Shown piece by piece: positions 26,308-39,967 of a stretch of 64,000 bases of DNA (its first letter is position 1; every line of letters begins with the position of its first letter). The stretch comes from Eledone cirrhosa (lineage: Eukaryota), in the NCBI GenBank assembly GCA_964016885.1, contig OZ024750.1, forward strand, positions 33,356,001-33,420,000. The letters run 5' to 3'. The position numbers were made by a program, and so were the translations under genes. A model generated the notes under the pieces. It worked only from the letters and a program-made list of their open reading frames with translations. It was not told where the DNA came from and did not search any database.

Positions 26308-26363
26308 ACTGCTATATATATTTCGATGATAGCCATTGAATGGCTATGACCTCATCAGGCAGT
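26308..26363 (-). ncRNA. Intact minimal type I hammerhead
   Basis: rc: actgc-CTGATGA-ggtcatagccat-tca-atggctatcatc-GAAAT-ATAT-ATA-gcagt; inside a 165-bp island between (TA)n tracts. Confidence 0.9.
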
Positions 26364-26422
26364 TAGTCAGTTCTTAGATATGCCAGCTCTGTGTTTTAGG
26401 TGTTGATGGTTTCAGAGCCTTG

Positions 26423-26499
<77 letters not shown>

Positions 26500-26582
26500 T
26501 ATTACTGCCAATACTGAAAATGAATAATCAACACCGTAGCGGTATGTCACTTATCAAATCATATATTTTGTCTGATGAAAAC

Positions 26583-26644
<62 letters not shown>

Positions 26645-26646
<2 letters not shown>

Positions 26647-26936
26647 ATAATAATAAATTTGAAGACTAAAATCCAAAGAGGGCTCGATAAGGATTGATAA
26701 CGATAAATATATATCTAATATATATGAACCGTAGAGCAAATATTTATTAAAATAACAGATTAAAGTTTAAGCAAAGAATCGCTTAACGGGATCTTCTGAG
26801 TTTCAGAATTAGTCGTCGGAACGGCTTGAGCTCAGCCGTCGGGGTCCTACTCGTTTCTATTACCCACTCTACTACCCTAAGTATTGAGTACTTTGGTGCG
26901 TTATGGTCCACCTGGTTCCTTACCACATTTCCTTCG

Positions 26937-26940
<4 letters not shown>
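26645..26940. mobile_element. Mosaic of three short (TA)n-associated families (26645-26745; CAGAAGA-family 3' end 26746-26799; GAGCTC family 26800-26940)
   Basis: Matches to rc of 3293-3362 and 51765-51830, to 39963-40030, and to rc of 7410-7549. Confidence 0.75.
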
Positions 26941-26975
<35 letters not shown>

Positions 26976-26987
26976 CATATATATATA

Positions 26988-27033
<46 letters not shown>

Positions 27034-27599
27034 CATATACATACATACATACATATACATACATATATATATATATATATATAATAAATAACAAAGAACG
27101 CCTATAGCATATTATACTGCCTGCTGGATAAGTGGAGTGTTATACACCCCTGATCCTCTCCCTAATATACTATATATATATATACACATACATATATATA
27201 TATATATATATACATACATATATATATATATATATATCTTTCTTTTCAATGGCTGACAATACCTTACCGGCGCTACTCGAATAAGGTAGTTATATATATA
27301 TATAAATATATATATACATATATATATATTGAGAGAGAGTTGGGGGAGAGGGAGAGAAGAGAGAAATGTGTGTCGATGTTAAGGGACGATTTATCAATTT
27401 TTACAATAGAAATGGGTTTAATTGAATGTAGACAATATATAATTGAGACTTAGAATAGAATTAATAAAATTACTGATATCTCCATTTCCTTTGTCTGATC
27501 CGAAATAAACATATATTTCCTTTGTCACTGGGGATTGTGTGGCTTTATATATATGTCTTTTGAATTGCGCTTCAACCTATATTGAAATGTTTCCATCAG

Positions 27600-27612
27600 C
27601 TACACACATACA

Positions 27613-27645
<33 letters not shown>

Positions 27646-28235
27646 GCACACACATACATACACACGCACGCGCACATACACACATACAACCCTCCACACA
27701 CACACACACGCACACACATACATACACACACTCGCACATACACACACACACGCACACACATACATACACACGCACTCGCACATACACACATACAACCCTC
27801 CGCATACACACACGCGCACACATACATACATACACACGCACGCGCACATACACACATACAACCCTCCACACACACACACACGCACACACATACATACACA
27901 CACACTCGCACATACACACACACACGCACACACATACATACACACGCACTCGCACATACACACATACAACCCTCCGCATACACACACGCGCACACATACA
28001 TACATACACACGCACGCGCACATACAACCCTCCGCACACACACGCACACACATACATACACACGCACGCGCACATACACACATACAACCCTCCGCACACA
28101 CACACACGCACACACATACGCAGGCGCACATACACACATACAACCCTCCGCACACACACACACGCGCGCACATACATACACACCCGCACACATACATACA
28201 CACACATACATACTCATACACAAATACACACACAT
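27600..28235. repeat. CA-rich compound minisatellite with seven CATACAACCCTCC motifs
   Basis: Motif at about 27683, 27789, 27855, 27963, 28021, 28081 and 28137. Confidence 0.9.
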
Positions 28236-28515
28236 ATTTGGAAGTTACGAAAGCCATCAGATAAATATTTGCTAAATGATTTAAACAATTTTGACCGAGT
28301 GATTGGCATATGTGTTGTCAGTCAAAACAAAATATCAGTTAAATACGAGATATTAGATAGTTTACGATTGACATTTATCAATGTAAGAGAAGCGACCTCT
28401 TAGAAAAAAATGTTTTTTTCAAAAATCTGAATATACAACATATATATATATATATATATATATAAAGAATGAATAATAACAGGTAGACATCATAAAAAGG
28501 TAATTTATTCCGTGT

Positions 28516-28625
28516 GCTTACAAATGTTTCCACGGTGGTACTACAGCCTAGTTATGCTATGTGCAAATTTACAAGTATTTGCAGAACTCAAATATCCAAT
28601 GCTGTGACCACTGTATCCTCAGAGC
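28516..28625 (-). ncRNA. Type I hammerhead with long stem II
   Basis: rc: gct-CTGAGGA-tacagtggtcacagc...gctgtagtaccaccgtg-GAAAC-ATTT-GTA-agc; in a ~340 bp island between (TA)n tracts. Confidence 0.75.
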
Positions 28626-29066
28626 TGTATGATGTCTACCTGTTATTATTAATTCTTTATATACACTCCGGAATACAGAAGGATCAGGAACTAAGTTTCT
28701 TCAACAATTCTACCATAACTCGTAGAGTAACCTCTTACCGTACGTCAACCATATCCAATGTAGTAATTAACCATTACTACATCTTGGATAATCCTATACC
28801 TAATATATATATATATATATCTTTATTCTCTTTCGTTCACGATTTCACCGAACTTATATTCAGGGAAATTTTTGGACTTGACTCGCTCTTCCTCACTTTT
28901 CGTTGCTTCACCATCTTTGTTTGTTTACACTCTCGCTGTTCCCTTTATTTACATGTCCCAACGACTTTCTTTAGCCGTTGCTCGCACCAACCGGAGGTAT
29001 ATGGTCTTTAAAGCGAAGAAATACCGATGATGGTTGGAAGATCACTGCTGAAGGACCACTTTATTC

Positions 29067-29116
<50 letters not shown>

Positions 29117-29117
<1 letters not shown>

Positions 29118-29257
29118 CCGGAGGAGTTGTGGTAAGGAACCAGATGGACCATAACGCACCAGAGTACTCAATACTTAGGGTAGTAGAGTGGGTAATAGGA
29201 GAAAGTATGACCCCGACGGCAGAGCTCAAGCCGTTTCGACGACTATTTCTGGACTAA
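29117..29257 (-). mobile_element. GAGCTC-family element
   Basis: Close copy of 7410-7549. Confidence 0.8.
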
Positions 29258-29299
29258 AGTAAGAGTTTTTTTTTAGTCTGGTAAATAAATAGCCGAACT

Positions 29300-29930
29300 T
29301 TTCAAGGGTAGTTCCTTATATGGGAAGGTTGTAGTTGTCAAGGGGATTGATCAAAGTTTGCAACGGACACAGAAAAGTCTATCATGGCAGTGGGTGCGGG
29401 GTGGGGAAAAAAGCTATAACCATAACTACATCATGTTTGGAATGTCCACATCAGACCCAAATTGAATGACAGGACCAACTTGGAATACTGTGTGAAGTGG
29501 ATAGTGTAACAATGAGTGTGGTGTAAGGCGGAGGAGTTATAAGCCAGTCTTAATAAAAACTTAGTCGATCAGGTCTCCAGGTTGTACGCACTCACAATCC
29601 GGCATGGTGATGTAATTCTTCTGAAGCAGGGATATGTATGAACAATTTCAAAATTAGTTTCTCACATACAGGCAATGGAAGGATATGTTTTCCTTTGAAT
29701 TCAAGATGTTGGATGGTTTCTGCCAGAGCTTTTTCTTTCTGGAATAGTTTGCATTTTATGACTCTTCTATTGAACATTTTGGTCTCGGCGTCTATATTCC
29801 ACCTTATGTGTCTTAGTCTTACTGTGTCCTCTTCTTCATAACCCCCTCCCATCATCCTATCACATTGATGTTGGGGTGACACGGCCATTCCGTGTATTTA
29901 ATCATTGAATGACTGACGAACCTGTAGCAC
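29300..29930 (-). pseudogene. Possible decayed LINE ORF1 (zinc-knuckle-like) fragment
   Basis: Complex ORF 29592-29888 followed downstream by a frameshifted HCHDRLFCVRCK. Weak. Confidence 0.25.
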
Positions 29931-30057
29931 ACAGGGGAAACTACGAAGAAAGGGGCTGCTGCACCATTGAAAACACATTCTCCTGTTCATCAATACTATT
30001 ATGTGTGTAGGTGTGTTTGTGTGTTAGAGTGTGTATGCGTGTGTATGTATATGTGCT

Positions 30058-30171
<114 letters not shown>

Positions 30172-30894
30172 GTTAAATACACCTAGAAATATACGCATTA
30201 CGCATTATAAACGTATTCGAGTTTGGATATCTTTGGGTATGTGGGAGCGTATGTGTTAATATACAGATCTGAGTAAACGAAAGTATTTTCAAAATATGAA
30301 TCCTAAAAGTTTAGCAATAAATTAGTTTTATTGTAAGTACGGCACTTATTCTATTTTACTGTCTTTTTTGTCCTTGCACTGCCTAAAGCTATAATCTTTA
30401 TGAAGTAGAGAAGAAGCCTTCCCTTCTCAGAATTGACAGATGTTTCTTTCTATTCCTTGAAGCTATCCTGCCTAAAATAGATAGATCTTTTGTTATCTAA
30501 TTACATGAAAATCGATAAAGAGAATTAACAGAAAACCTAATGAAAAAGTATTTATACATAAATCATAAAAGAATAAAAATTTAGGCAGAGAATCGGAATA
30601 AAATATCACAAATAACAATAAAGAATTATAAGTAGAAACAAAACACTTTTAAATTAGAAAAAAATCACATGGCCGTAGTAATTAAATTACAAAAAGTATT
30701 CTCGATTTCTACAGCAATTGTTTGCGACAATGTTTTTCTTTTATAATCAAGAGTTTTGCTGGTGTTTTGGATTTTTGTTATCAATTTTGAGAAGACATGG
30801 CTGAGTAGTTAAGGAGTTCCCTTCGCAACTAATTTGCTCTGGGTTCAGTCCCGCTGCATGGCACTTTGGAAAAGTAGGTGTCTTCTACTACAGC

Positions 30895-31278
30895 TGCATA
30901 TGCAGCACGCCCTCCACAGGACGAATGTCTCGGTCTTCACAGCACTGATTTTCACTCCAGCACTTGGTAGCCAACACATCCAGTACATGTCGGAGATTAT
31001 CTTCCGTAGAGTTTAGTAACACCATATCGTCTGTAAATATAAATCGTCTGGCCCTACACTCACTGGATTTGATACCCCATCTAACCCGGCTGTACATATC
31101 AATCCTGTTCATGAAGATTTTGAACAGAAGAGGTGATAATATGCACGCTTGGCGGAGTCAGGCAACAACATTGAATGGTTTTGTCTTAGTGCCATTTATT
31201 AGAACATAAATACTCTGGCATTCATATAGAGTGTTGAGGGTAACAAACGGTCCGTCAATCCCATACGCCTGGAAAAGT
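30895..31278 (-). mobile_element. LINE (RTE-like) RT fragment
   Basis: QAYGIDG..LY..V.INGTKTKPFNV..LRQACILSPLLFKIFMNRI...FTDDMVLL. Confidence 0.85.
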
Positions 31279-31685
31279 GAGAGAGAGGCAGATGATAGTA
31301 AGTTAATGGTGTAAGAGAAAGAGAAGTGTGTCTTTCTGTGTGTGTGGGGGGGGGGGTACATGTCTGTTTTTGTGTGTCTCTTTGTGTGTGCGTCTTTGTG
31401 TGTCTCTCTGTGTGCGTCTATGTGTGTTTGTCTGTGTGCGTGCGCTAAGAGAATTTAAAATTGATACAATGAAAAACCGAAAATAGAGGTGAGAAATTAA
31501 AGAAATGTCATCAACAAATGCAGCTGAAACAGTGATATAATACGTAGGGGTTCAATACTGTGGTGGAAGCGGAACATTATGTGATTGCTACATACATGCG
31601 GAGGGAAGATATAAGAAGGTGATGAGGCGTAGGAGATAAGGCATATCAAGAGTAGAAGGTGGGATATGCACATATACAGACTTTG

Positions 31686-31798
<113 letters not shown>

Positions 31799-33021
31799 TG
31801 TAAAGTGGGGAAACTTTATCATTTCCATCGACAGATATGAGTTAAAAACCTGATATAGTATCTCCAGTTAGTAGACATGTTGGCTACCTTCCAATCTCTC
31901 AATAAGTAATTTTCAACAAATATAATGATAAAAACAATATTTAATACCAATTATATTTTCCCATATTCCTTGGCATATTGTTTCACCGAAGAAAATTAAT
32001 TTCAATCGAATTTTAATTCGACAAAGAAGAGATTAACCCATTTCACTATTACATAAAGGAACTAATCTTCAGAGACAACAACCTCACCATTGTCGCTAAG
32101 TTTTCTTTAATTCTCACATAATTATTTCTTTGTTATTTAATAAACCTAATTTACGAAAAGTTCATTACATAATTTCACGTTTGTTTCAAATTCTAATTAA
32201 CTTTGAACACAGTATACGGAGTTGAGGCGTGTATGAAGACATATACAATAGCTTTAACTATATATATATACACAAGTCTCGCTGTGATTATTGTAAGCTG
32301 TGATCATATCACAGCTGCCTCGGTGTCTGTGAAAGACCATCATATTCGTTTTTCCTAACTTTTACCATTCGTCAGTGATGTATTAAAGTTTATAACTTCC
32401 TACAGATTTTGTAGATGCATCGTTTTCACAATGGCTGACATAAATGTAGAGGAATGTTGATAGGTTCGTAATACTCAGCAGTAGCACTAACACTGGCAAA
32501 GTGTACGAACCCATATGAGAACTCGATTAAGTTGACCACAGTGCCGTACTTTGTTTTAACGACTCCTTAAGGATGAAAGGCAAAAGTTACCTCAGTGGGA
32601 TTTAAACTCAAAACTTAAAAGGACATACAATATGCCCTAAAGTACGATATATGACGCTCTACTGATACTACCAACCCAATAATTGGGAATAATAAACATA
32701 TATAAAGAGCTGAGTGGTATATTGTGCCTTAAACGCTACAAAGACCAAATTGGTTTCTTAAAATATACAATAGATATATTTCCGCAATCATATCTAGTAT
32801 AGTTCTTCATAAGCTGGCACTTCAAATTATTGAATGATTTTTTCCATTCAATATCGATTTCGAAAGGAGGAAGTACAATAATAAGTCTACTAACAAAAGA
32901 AATACCCTTAACCAGTGCTACTTAATATCATCAATCTATGTCGATTTTACACAAATGGACATAAAATATGTTTGTAACAGTATTTATCAATCGTACTAAA
33001 TATTATATTTTATAGGAATGC

Positions 33022-33052
<31 letters not shown>

Positions 33053-33478
33053 CTTCTTCTTCTTCTTCTTCTTTTTCTTCTTCTTCTTCTTCTTCTTCTA
33101 TTACTACTACTACTTCTTCTTCTAAGCCCACTTTTTACCAAGAGAGTCGTGGTGGGCAGAGTCCTCAAACAATCCTTCCAATGATTCCTGCCAGAAGTAA
33201 CCGTCTCCAACTGATCCGGCTGGATCCCCAAGCGAGACTAGACAAGCTCATGGATGTTATCCAACCATCTTGCTCGGGGGTCTATCTCTGGGTCAATTGA
33301 CGGTTGGTTTTGCCTGTAAAATCTGTCCAGCGATTTTTTCCTGAGACATTTTAACCACATGTCCACAGTATTGGATCTGTGCTCTCTCAATTCGGAGAAG
33401 TAGCGGCTCTACTTGGAGTGACTCTCTGATCCCCGAGCTACACACTCTATCGAGTAACGTTACTCTAGAGTCCCTACA
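33022..33478 (-). mobile_element. RTE-like LINE 3' end with (GAA)n tail
   Basis: VTLLDRVCSSGIRESLQVEPLLLRIERAQIQYCGHVVKMSQEKIAGQILQAKP. Confidence 0.85.
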
Positions 33479-33635
33479 TAATGTCATTAATCTATATCGA
33501 GTTTATACAAATTGCCTTAACACCGTATGGCATAAATTCAGGCTTTTCAGTTTGTTTACAAACGAACAAAGCGGCGTTATAATAAGCGTCCGCTAAACTG
33601 ATGCGTGCATATATGTATGTGTACCTGTATGTATA

Positions 33636-33717
<82 letters not shown>

Positions 33718-33952
33718 TGCTACTGTACGTCTGTATACATATATGTATGTACGTATACATACATACTTACATTTAAGTAAGTGCCATACTAAGAGTGAAA
33801 AATGAAATTTCGTTTTCATTTTTTTCAACTTATCGTTTTCGGTATGCCTGACCGATTTAACTCACTCAATATGCAAATTAGGCTGCTCAGCCGTTAATTT
33901 TCATAAGGAAAGTATATACTTTCGAACATTCAACTATCTGGCAGATGGGTAT

Positions 33953-33995
33953 ACGGTGCTGATGATAGCTAACAAGCTTGAAACTAGTACATCGT
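33953..33995 (+). ncRNA. Minimal type I hammerhead, copy 1
   Basis: acggtg-CTGATGA-t-agct-aaca-agct-t-GAAAC-TA-GTA-catcgt; 6-bp stem I, palindromic ACTAGT stem III. Confidence 0.85.
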
Positions 33996-34153
33996 TCCTG
34001 CGTCAGTGTTGAACAAAAAGGTGACGTGGTTGCCTTAACACCGTATGGCATAAATTCAGGCTTTTCAGTTTGTTTACAAACGAACAAAGCGGCGTTATAA
34101 TAAGCGTCCGCTAAACTGATGCGTGCATATATGTATGTGTACCTGTATGTATA

Positions 34154-34195
<42 letters not shown>

Positions 34196-34430
34196 TGCTA
34201 CTGTACGTCTGTATACATATATGTATGTACGTATACATACATACTTACATTTAAGTAAGTGCCATACTAAGAGTGAGAAATGAAATTTCGTTTTCATTTT
34301 TTTCAACTTATCGTTTTCGGTATGCCTGACCGATTTAACTCACTCAATATGCAAATTAGGCTGCTCAGCCGTTAATTTTCATAAGGAAAGTATATACTTT
34401 CGAACGTTCAACTATCTGGCAGATGGGTAT

Positions 34431-34473
34431 ACGGTGCTGATGATAGCTAACAAGCTTGAAACTAGTACATCGT
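34431..34473 (+). ncRNA. Minimal type I hammerhead, copy 2
   Basis: Identical to 33953-33995. Confidence 0.85.
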
Positions 34474-34611
34474 TCCTGTGTCAATATAACATGTATTTGT
34501 ATCAATATTTATCAATGGTACTGAATATTGTATTTTATAGAAATACTCGCAAGCTATAAATTATAAACTAATCATTTGAAGATTTGGACAAAAATAGAAT
34601 TAACTTAAGAT

Positions 34612-34863
34612 GAGAAACCTATGAATTGGTTTCCCTTGGGAATCCAGCTGGATCAATCGGAGACAGTTGCTTCTTACAGGACCCGCAGGAAGGAGTTTTT
34701 CGAGGGTTCTGCCACCTCGACCCTCTCAAGAAGAGGTGGGCGGAGAAGAAGAAGAAGAAGAAGAAGAAGAAGAAGAAGAAGAAGAAGAAGAAGAAGAAGA
34801 AGAAGAAGAAGAAGAAGAAGAAGAAGAAGAAGAAGAAGAAGAAGAAGAAGAAGAAGAAGAAGA
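34612..34863 (+). mobile_element. RTE-like LINE extreme 3' end with (GAA)n tail
   Basis: Homologous to 10945-11075; GAA run about 34745-34863. Confidence 0.8.
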
Positions 34864-36699
34864 CTCATAATTGTAGTCATTAGGGTATGTACCTGTCTGA
34901 ACATGACATAACACATTGGAAGGAAGGCCACAAAACAGCCATTGCTTTAGCAAATACTTTACATATATTATTCAATTTAATTATTTAATTATAGCAATAT
35001 TGTCTCAACATTCATGTTTCTAACTCTCATTAGAATAACGTATGAAATCATTGAGCTGAGTATTGAATACAACGGAATCTGTTGTAGAATCACAGACATA
35101 TACAGATCATTAGTTTTGACTAAGATGAAGGTAAACATAAATTATTCTCATTACCGAAATCAGACGGGTTATTAATACGACAAATACACAACTATGCAAT
35201 ACAGTTAGAAATATAACATTTATATAAAAACTGTAATAGATCAAAAGATCAGTGTTTACCACCTACTGAGTCTATAGTGTTAGATATTTCTATAAACTGC
35301 TGTAAAATATTAGGTAACATAATAATAACTATAGTTAGAGTAGACACTCTAACTATAAATATATAAATTAGGAGTTGAAAGGGGAATGTAAAATGTCTAC
35401 AAATCGCCATGATTACATTAATGTTAAGAAGTAAATATATAGTTACGTAAATGTTAACGTAAATGCATATGTAGGTATGTTAGTGTTAAGATATAAATAT
35501 ATGGTATTCATAGAAAAATGAGAAGATTCATCCCTAGAACAGTTGCTAAAACAGCCAAGTGCTGTCATTGACAGTGATGGGCAAAAATGCCGCAGACGAC
35601 AGAGACCAGCGGTCAGTGCTAGACAGAGAGACAACCCACGAAGTGAGTAACAGGCAGATGAAATATAGAAAGGATTGAGAGAGGAGTAGGAGGAGGACAA
35701 GGGCCAAGTGATGTTGACAGTCTGATCATTGGATTTAGGGTAAGATGTTTGCAACAAACCTGACTCTGTTAAAGGCAGACAAGGGCCAAAATGTGTTGTT
35801 AGTCAGATTATTGGATTAAATTTACACATAAGTAGGTTCTACCATTTCATAATACTAGAATGTTGTTATGTAGCTTACTTCGGTGGGATTTGAAACCACA
35901 ACGCAAAGAGCCAGAAGAAGTATGACAAGGTATTTTGACAGACGCTCTGTATGTAACACATCTGATCATTCGCCACCCGTGATGAGGAAAACAGCTATAT
36001 TAATCAGTGGCAAATATTATTTTAATTATTCTGGCAAATACGGGAGACAACTCCGGAAATATTTAATAGTTTAATCGCTTTATCAATCAAGTATAACCTT
36101 CATTGTATTTACCGAAGAACTGCTGAGAGAATCACTAAATAAATGTACGAAATTGTACACCGCTTGTCATAGGAAAATCAATTGCTCAGAGAATATATAG
36201 AAGGATTAATATATTAATAAGACATGATATCAACGGTTCGTTGCCAGGCAACAGACACCTAATCATAAAATTGCAAGTAATAGTTCCTGCAATACCAATT
36301 ACATACGTCGGCAGTTACATGCTATAAATCTGTCCACCGTTTACAATTAACATTCATGTTATAGATATATAAGGTATTTTCTGCAAATACCACCAGACGA
36401 ATATTTAGTTAGTTCTGCATAATTTCCAGCGTTTGCAATTGAGTTCAAAATATTATTGCATATTTTTGTTAATTTGTTATCTCAGGAAACCATAGAAAAT
36501 AAACTTCAAATAGAAAAATAAAATGAGAGCAAAATATAATTTAATGAACCCGCGTGGGTTGATTTATAACATAGATTTAAAATATGTAGCAATAACTTTA
36601 TGAAGATCTACGACATTTTCACCATTAGCATATTTAATTGCTATTAAACAGGAACGTATCAACATATTACACAGATATCATTGCTAATAGATTTATACA

Positions 36700-36812
36700 T
36701 GTGTGTATGTATGTATATATGTATGTATGTGTGGATATATGTATGAATGTGTATATATATGTATATATATATATGTATGTATGCATGTATGTATGTGTGG
36801 ATATATGTATGA

Positions 36813-36852
<40 letters not shown>

Positions 36853-36985
36853 ATGTATGTATGTATGCATGTATGTATGTGTGGATATATGTATGAATGT
36901 GTATATATATATATATGTATGCATGTATGTATGTATGTATATATGTATGTATGTGTGTATATATGTATGAATGTGTATATATATG

Positions 36986-37016
<31 letters not shown>

Positions 37017-37045
37017 GTGGATATATGTATGAATGTGTATATATA
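36700..37045. repeat. TA/TG-rich minisatellite (gtatgtgtggatatatgtatgaatgtgtat x ~5)
   Basis: Direct reading. Confidence 0.85.
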
Positions 37046-37276
37046 TATGTATATATATGTACGCATGTATGTATGCATGTATTTATGTATGTATATATGC
37101 ATGCATATATAGATGTATATCTGTATGTGTTTCTGTATGTATGAATATATATGTATGCTTCTGCACAATATAAAAAAGTTGACAGTTACTAGATTGACTG
37201 ACTAAACTACCAATATAGTTCACACTGTCATTTGTTATGTAATATCTATTATTTTTATAGAATTACGAGCGCTCAT

Positions 37277-37358
<82 letters not shown>

Positions 37359-37417
37359 ATCTGCTTATATATATATATATAAAAGAATCTGCTTATATAT
37401 ATATATAAAAGAATCTG

Positions 37418-37486
<69 letters not shown>

Positions 37487-37547
37487 ATAATAAAATACAT
37501 GGAACTCTTTTAACCATCTTTTGATCTTATATATATATATATATATA

Positions 37548-37990
37548 ATTTCAGCGTGATCTTATTTCGGCTGTGGTCAAAAACAAAGCGAAACGTAATT
37601 TTAGAGATATGCAGGAAGCGCTCAATGGACTAAAAGAAGACCAGAGCAATTAACATACGTTATAGAGGCCAGACAAAATGAAAACAGTGGTCGTGAAGCT
37701 ATCAGCCACTTGAGCCAAAAAACGGAGCAAGCTAAACAGGTTAACAAAAGATTGGTCTATATATATATATATAAATATAAATTCAGCGAGAATCGCATTT
37801 TGGCTGGTAGAAAAAGCGAAACGAAACGCAAAATCGTAGAAATGCTGGCAAGCGCTCCAATAGTTAAGAAAAACTAGAGCTAAACAATATGTTAAAACGC
37901 CATACAAACTGAAAAAGTGGTCAAGAATGCATTAACCACCTAAGCCAAAAAGCAAATCAAGCTAAACAGGTCAAACAAAATAAATGATAA
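37548..37990. repeat. Diverged tandem duplication of a ~215 bp (TA)n-bounded unit
   Basis: attcagcg..aaagcgaaacg..aagcgctc..agagc..aagctaaacagg occurs at 37548-37757 and 37781-37990. Confidence 0.75.
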
Positions 37991-38008
37991 AAACATATAT
38001 ATATATAT

Positions 38009-38068
38009 AGTTTCAGAAGATCCCGTTAAGGGTGAAAGCAGCGATTCTTTGTTTAAACTTTAATCTGT
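38009..38068 (+). ncRNA. CAGAAGA-family hammerhead, 5' end at inner stem I
   Basis: (TA)n-agttt-CAGAAGA-tcccgttaagggt-GAAAGCA..TGTTT-aaact-ttaatctgt; a further truncated copy at 38471-38530. Confidence 0.5.
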
Positions 38069-38070
38069 TA

Positions 38071-38110
<40 letters not shown>

Positions 38111-38250
38111 CAGATTCTTTTTTCGGCTACCTTTGTAAACATATATATATATAAGAGATGTCAACATAACTGGACCTGTTATTTTTATCTGAAGACATTT
38201 TTTCCAATTCCATCCCGGCCGACCCTTCAATCTATTTTATTTCTCATTGT

Positions 38251-38286
38251 TTATTCTGATGAAGGACTAGCGTCCGAAACGTTAAG
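38251..38286 (+). ncRNA. Minimal hammerhead (dimer-type stem III)
   Basis: tt-CTGATGA-a-ggac-tagc-gtcc-GAAACGTT-aa; degenerate copy at 58535-58570 (-). Confidence 0.65.
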
Positions 38287-38374
38287 ACCCTCTTCCTGCT
38301 ATATCAAGCGTTAACCTAATATATACTTTCCATATACTGTACCGATTGTGTTGTTATTTCTGTTTACCTTTTAC

Positions 38375-38470
<96 letters not shown>

Positions 38471-39344
38471 ACAGATTGATTTGTTTAGTTTCAGAAGATC
38501 CCGCTAAGGGTGAAAGTAGCGATTCTTTTGTTTATTAGTCTAGAGGCAACACGGGGGCGTAGCTACATTTGTATTATATATTTTAGCGCTCTAACTCAAT
38601 TTATATTCTTTTTCATTCATATAATGCTGATTAAAACTAATTATACGCACACTGAAATTATAATTTACAATTAATTATATTTTAGAAAAGAAGTTAATGA
38701 AAGCTTACATTTATTCTATCGATGATCTGAGGGGATTATTTATTGATATATAACTCCATTTCTTTTTAGAGCATTGCTTTAATACCAACAATTCCTTTCA
38801 CTGGATCACACACCAGATTCTGGTACGTAACATTCTATAATGCACTGATGCCTTTATTTAAATGTTGGTGAGATAGAAGTAGAATATAGCATGTCACCTC
38901 ATAATCACCTCATAATCAACGAAACACGTGTAACATATACAAACTTATGGTTCATAATTTAGTTGGTAACTTCTAAACAAGATTTGGAAACATACTTTTA
39001 ATTGCTGGGTGTATTACATTAAAAATATAATGATTTATGGAGATTATTTTGAACACAATGGGTCAGTATAAACTAAAGTTGTTTTTTATTGCGTCTACTT
39101 ACAGCAAAATGGAGATTAGTTTAAAATGTTGCTCTGCTTGCAGCGGTATAGTAATGTTATTAAAAACCAATGTCATTATGATTCTAAATGTATCGAGGTA
39201 CTCTGCGTATATCGTCACATATATAGTAATGTAAACGCACTCACATACACACACACATTCGCACACACACACGCACGCACACACACACACAAATATATAT
39301 ATATATATATATTTATTTATATATATATGTATATATGTATATAT

Positions 39345-39402
<58 letters not shown>

Positions 39403-39693
39403 ATACGTGAAAGGGTAATTGGACGTTTTCTATATAAATTATTTATATTTACGTCATTATTTGAATAGTTTTCTGAGCTAGAACATATCTTTAAGTGATA
39501 GAGCATTCCGAGAAATTTTGAAGTGAGCATGATTAAATATTGAACGATAAATGTCAGATTTAGATCAAATTTTTCGATTCCGGAATGTCAATTACTATTT
39601 GATCTTGATTATTTGTACAGCGTAGAGTTTTTTTCTTTTTCGTTGGTCTTGAGACGATATGTATTCTCTAACATGTACGTACAAGATATAGAA

Positions 39694-39743
<50 letters not shown>

Positions 39744-39918
39744 GTGTGTGTGTGCGTGTGTGTGCGTAGGTATATATATATATATAATTGGTGTTGGTTG
39801 CTTAAAGCGTCCGTATGCGGTAGGCCGTATGAGCACTCAATGCTTTCATAGAGCAGAGTATGATATCACAGAAAAAAAGAGAATCAATGTTGCGACGAAT
39901 GGAATTTATTGGACATAT

Positions 39919-39962
<44 letters not shown>

Positions 39963-39967
<5 letters not shown>

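Larger units (their letters stand above)
33512..34483 (+). repeat. Tandem duplication (33512-34005 / 34030-34483, 24-nt linker), each copy ending in a hammerhead; retrozyme-like
   Basis: Copies differ in internal (TA)n length and by about three substitutions. Confidence 0.9.

Noticed and set aside
27539-28403. Long His/Thr and Cys/Val ORFs (also the IY-repeat ORFs at 40785-41754, 45217-45871, 52620-53567 and Leu/Ser ORF 15524-16354)
   Set aside because: Stop-free frames of microsatellites, open in several frames and on both strands.
35500-35760. GC-richer stretch as a host exon
   Set aside because: Short frames with stops, no recognisable domain, and it adjoins a small local duplication.
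38855-38940. GAAACACGTGTA palindromic stem III
   Set aside because: No intact CTGANGA in register upstream; possible remnant only.
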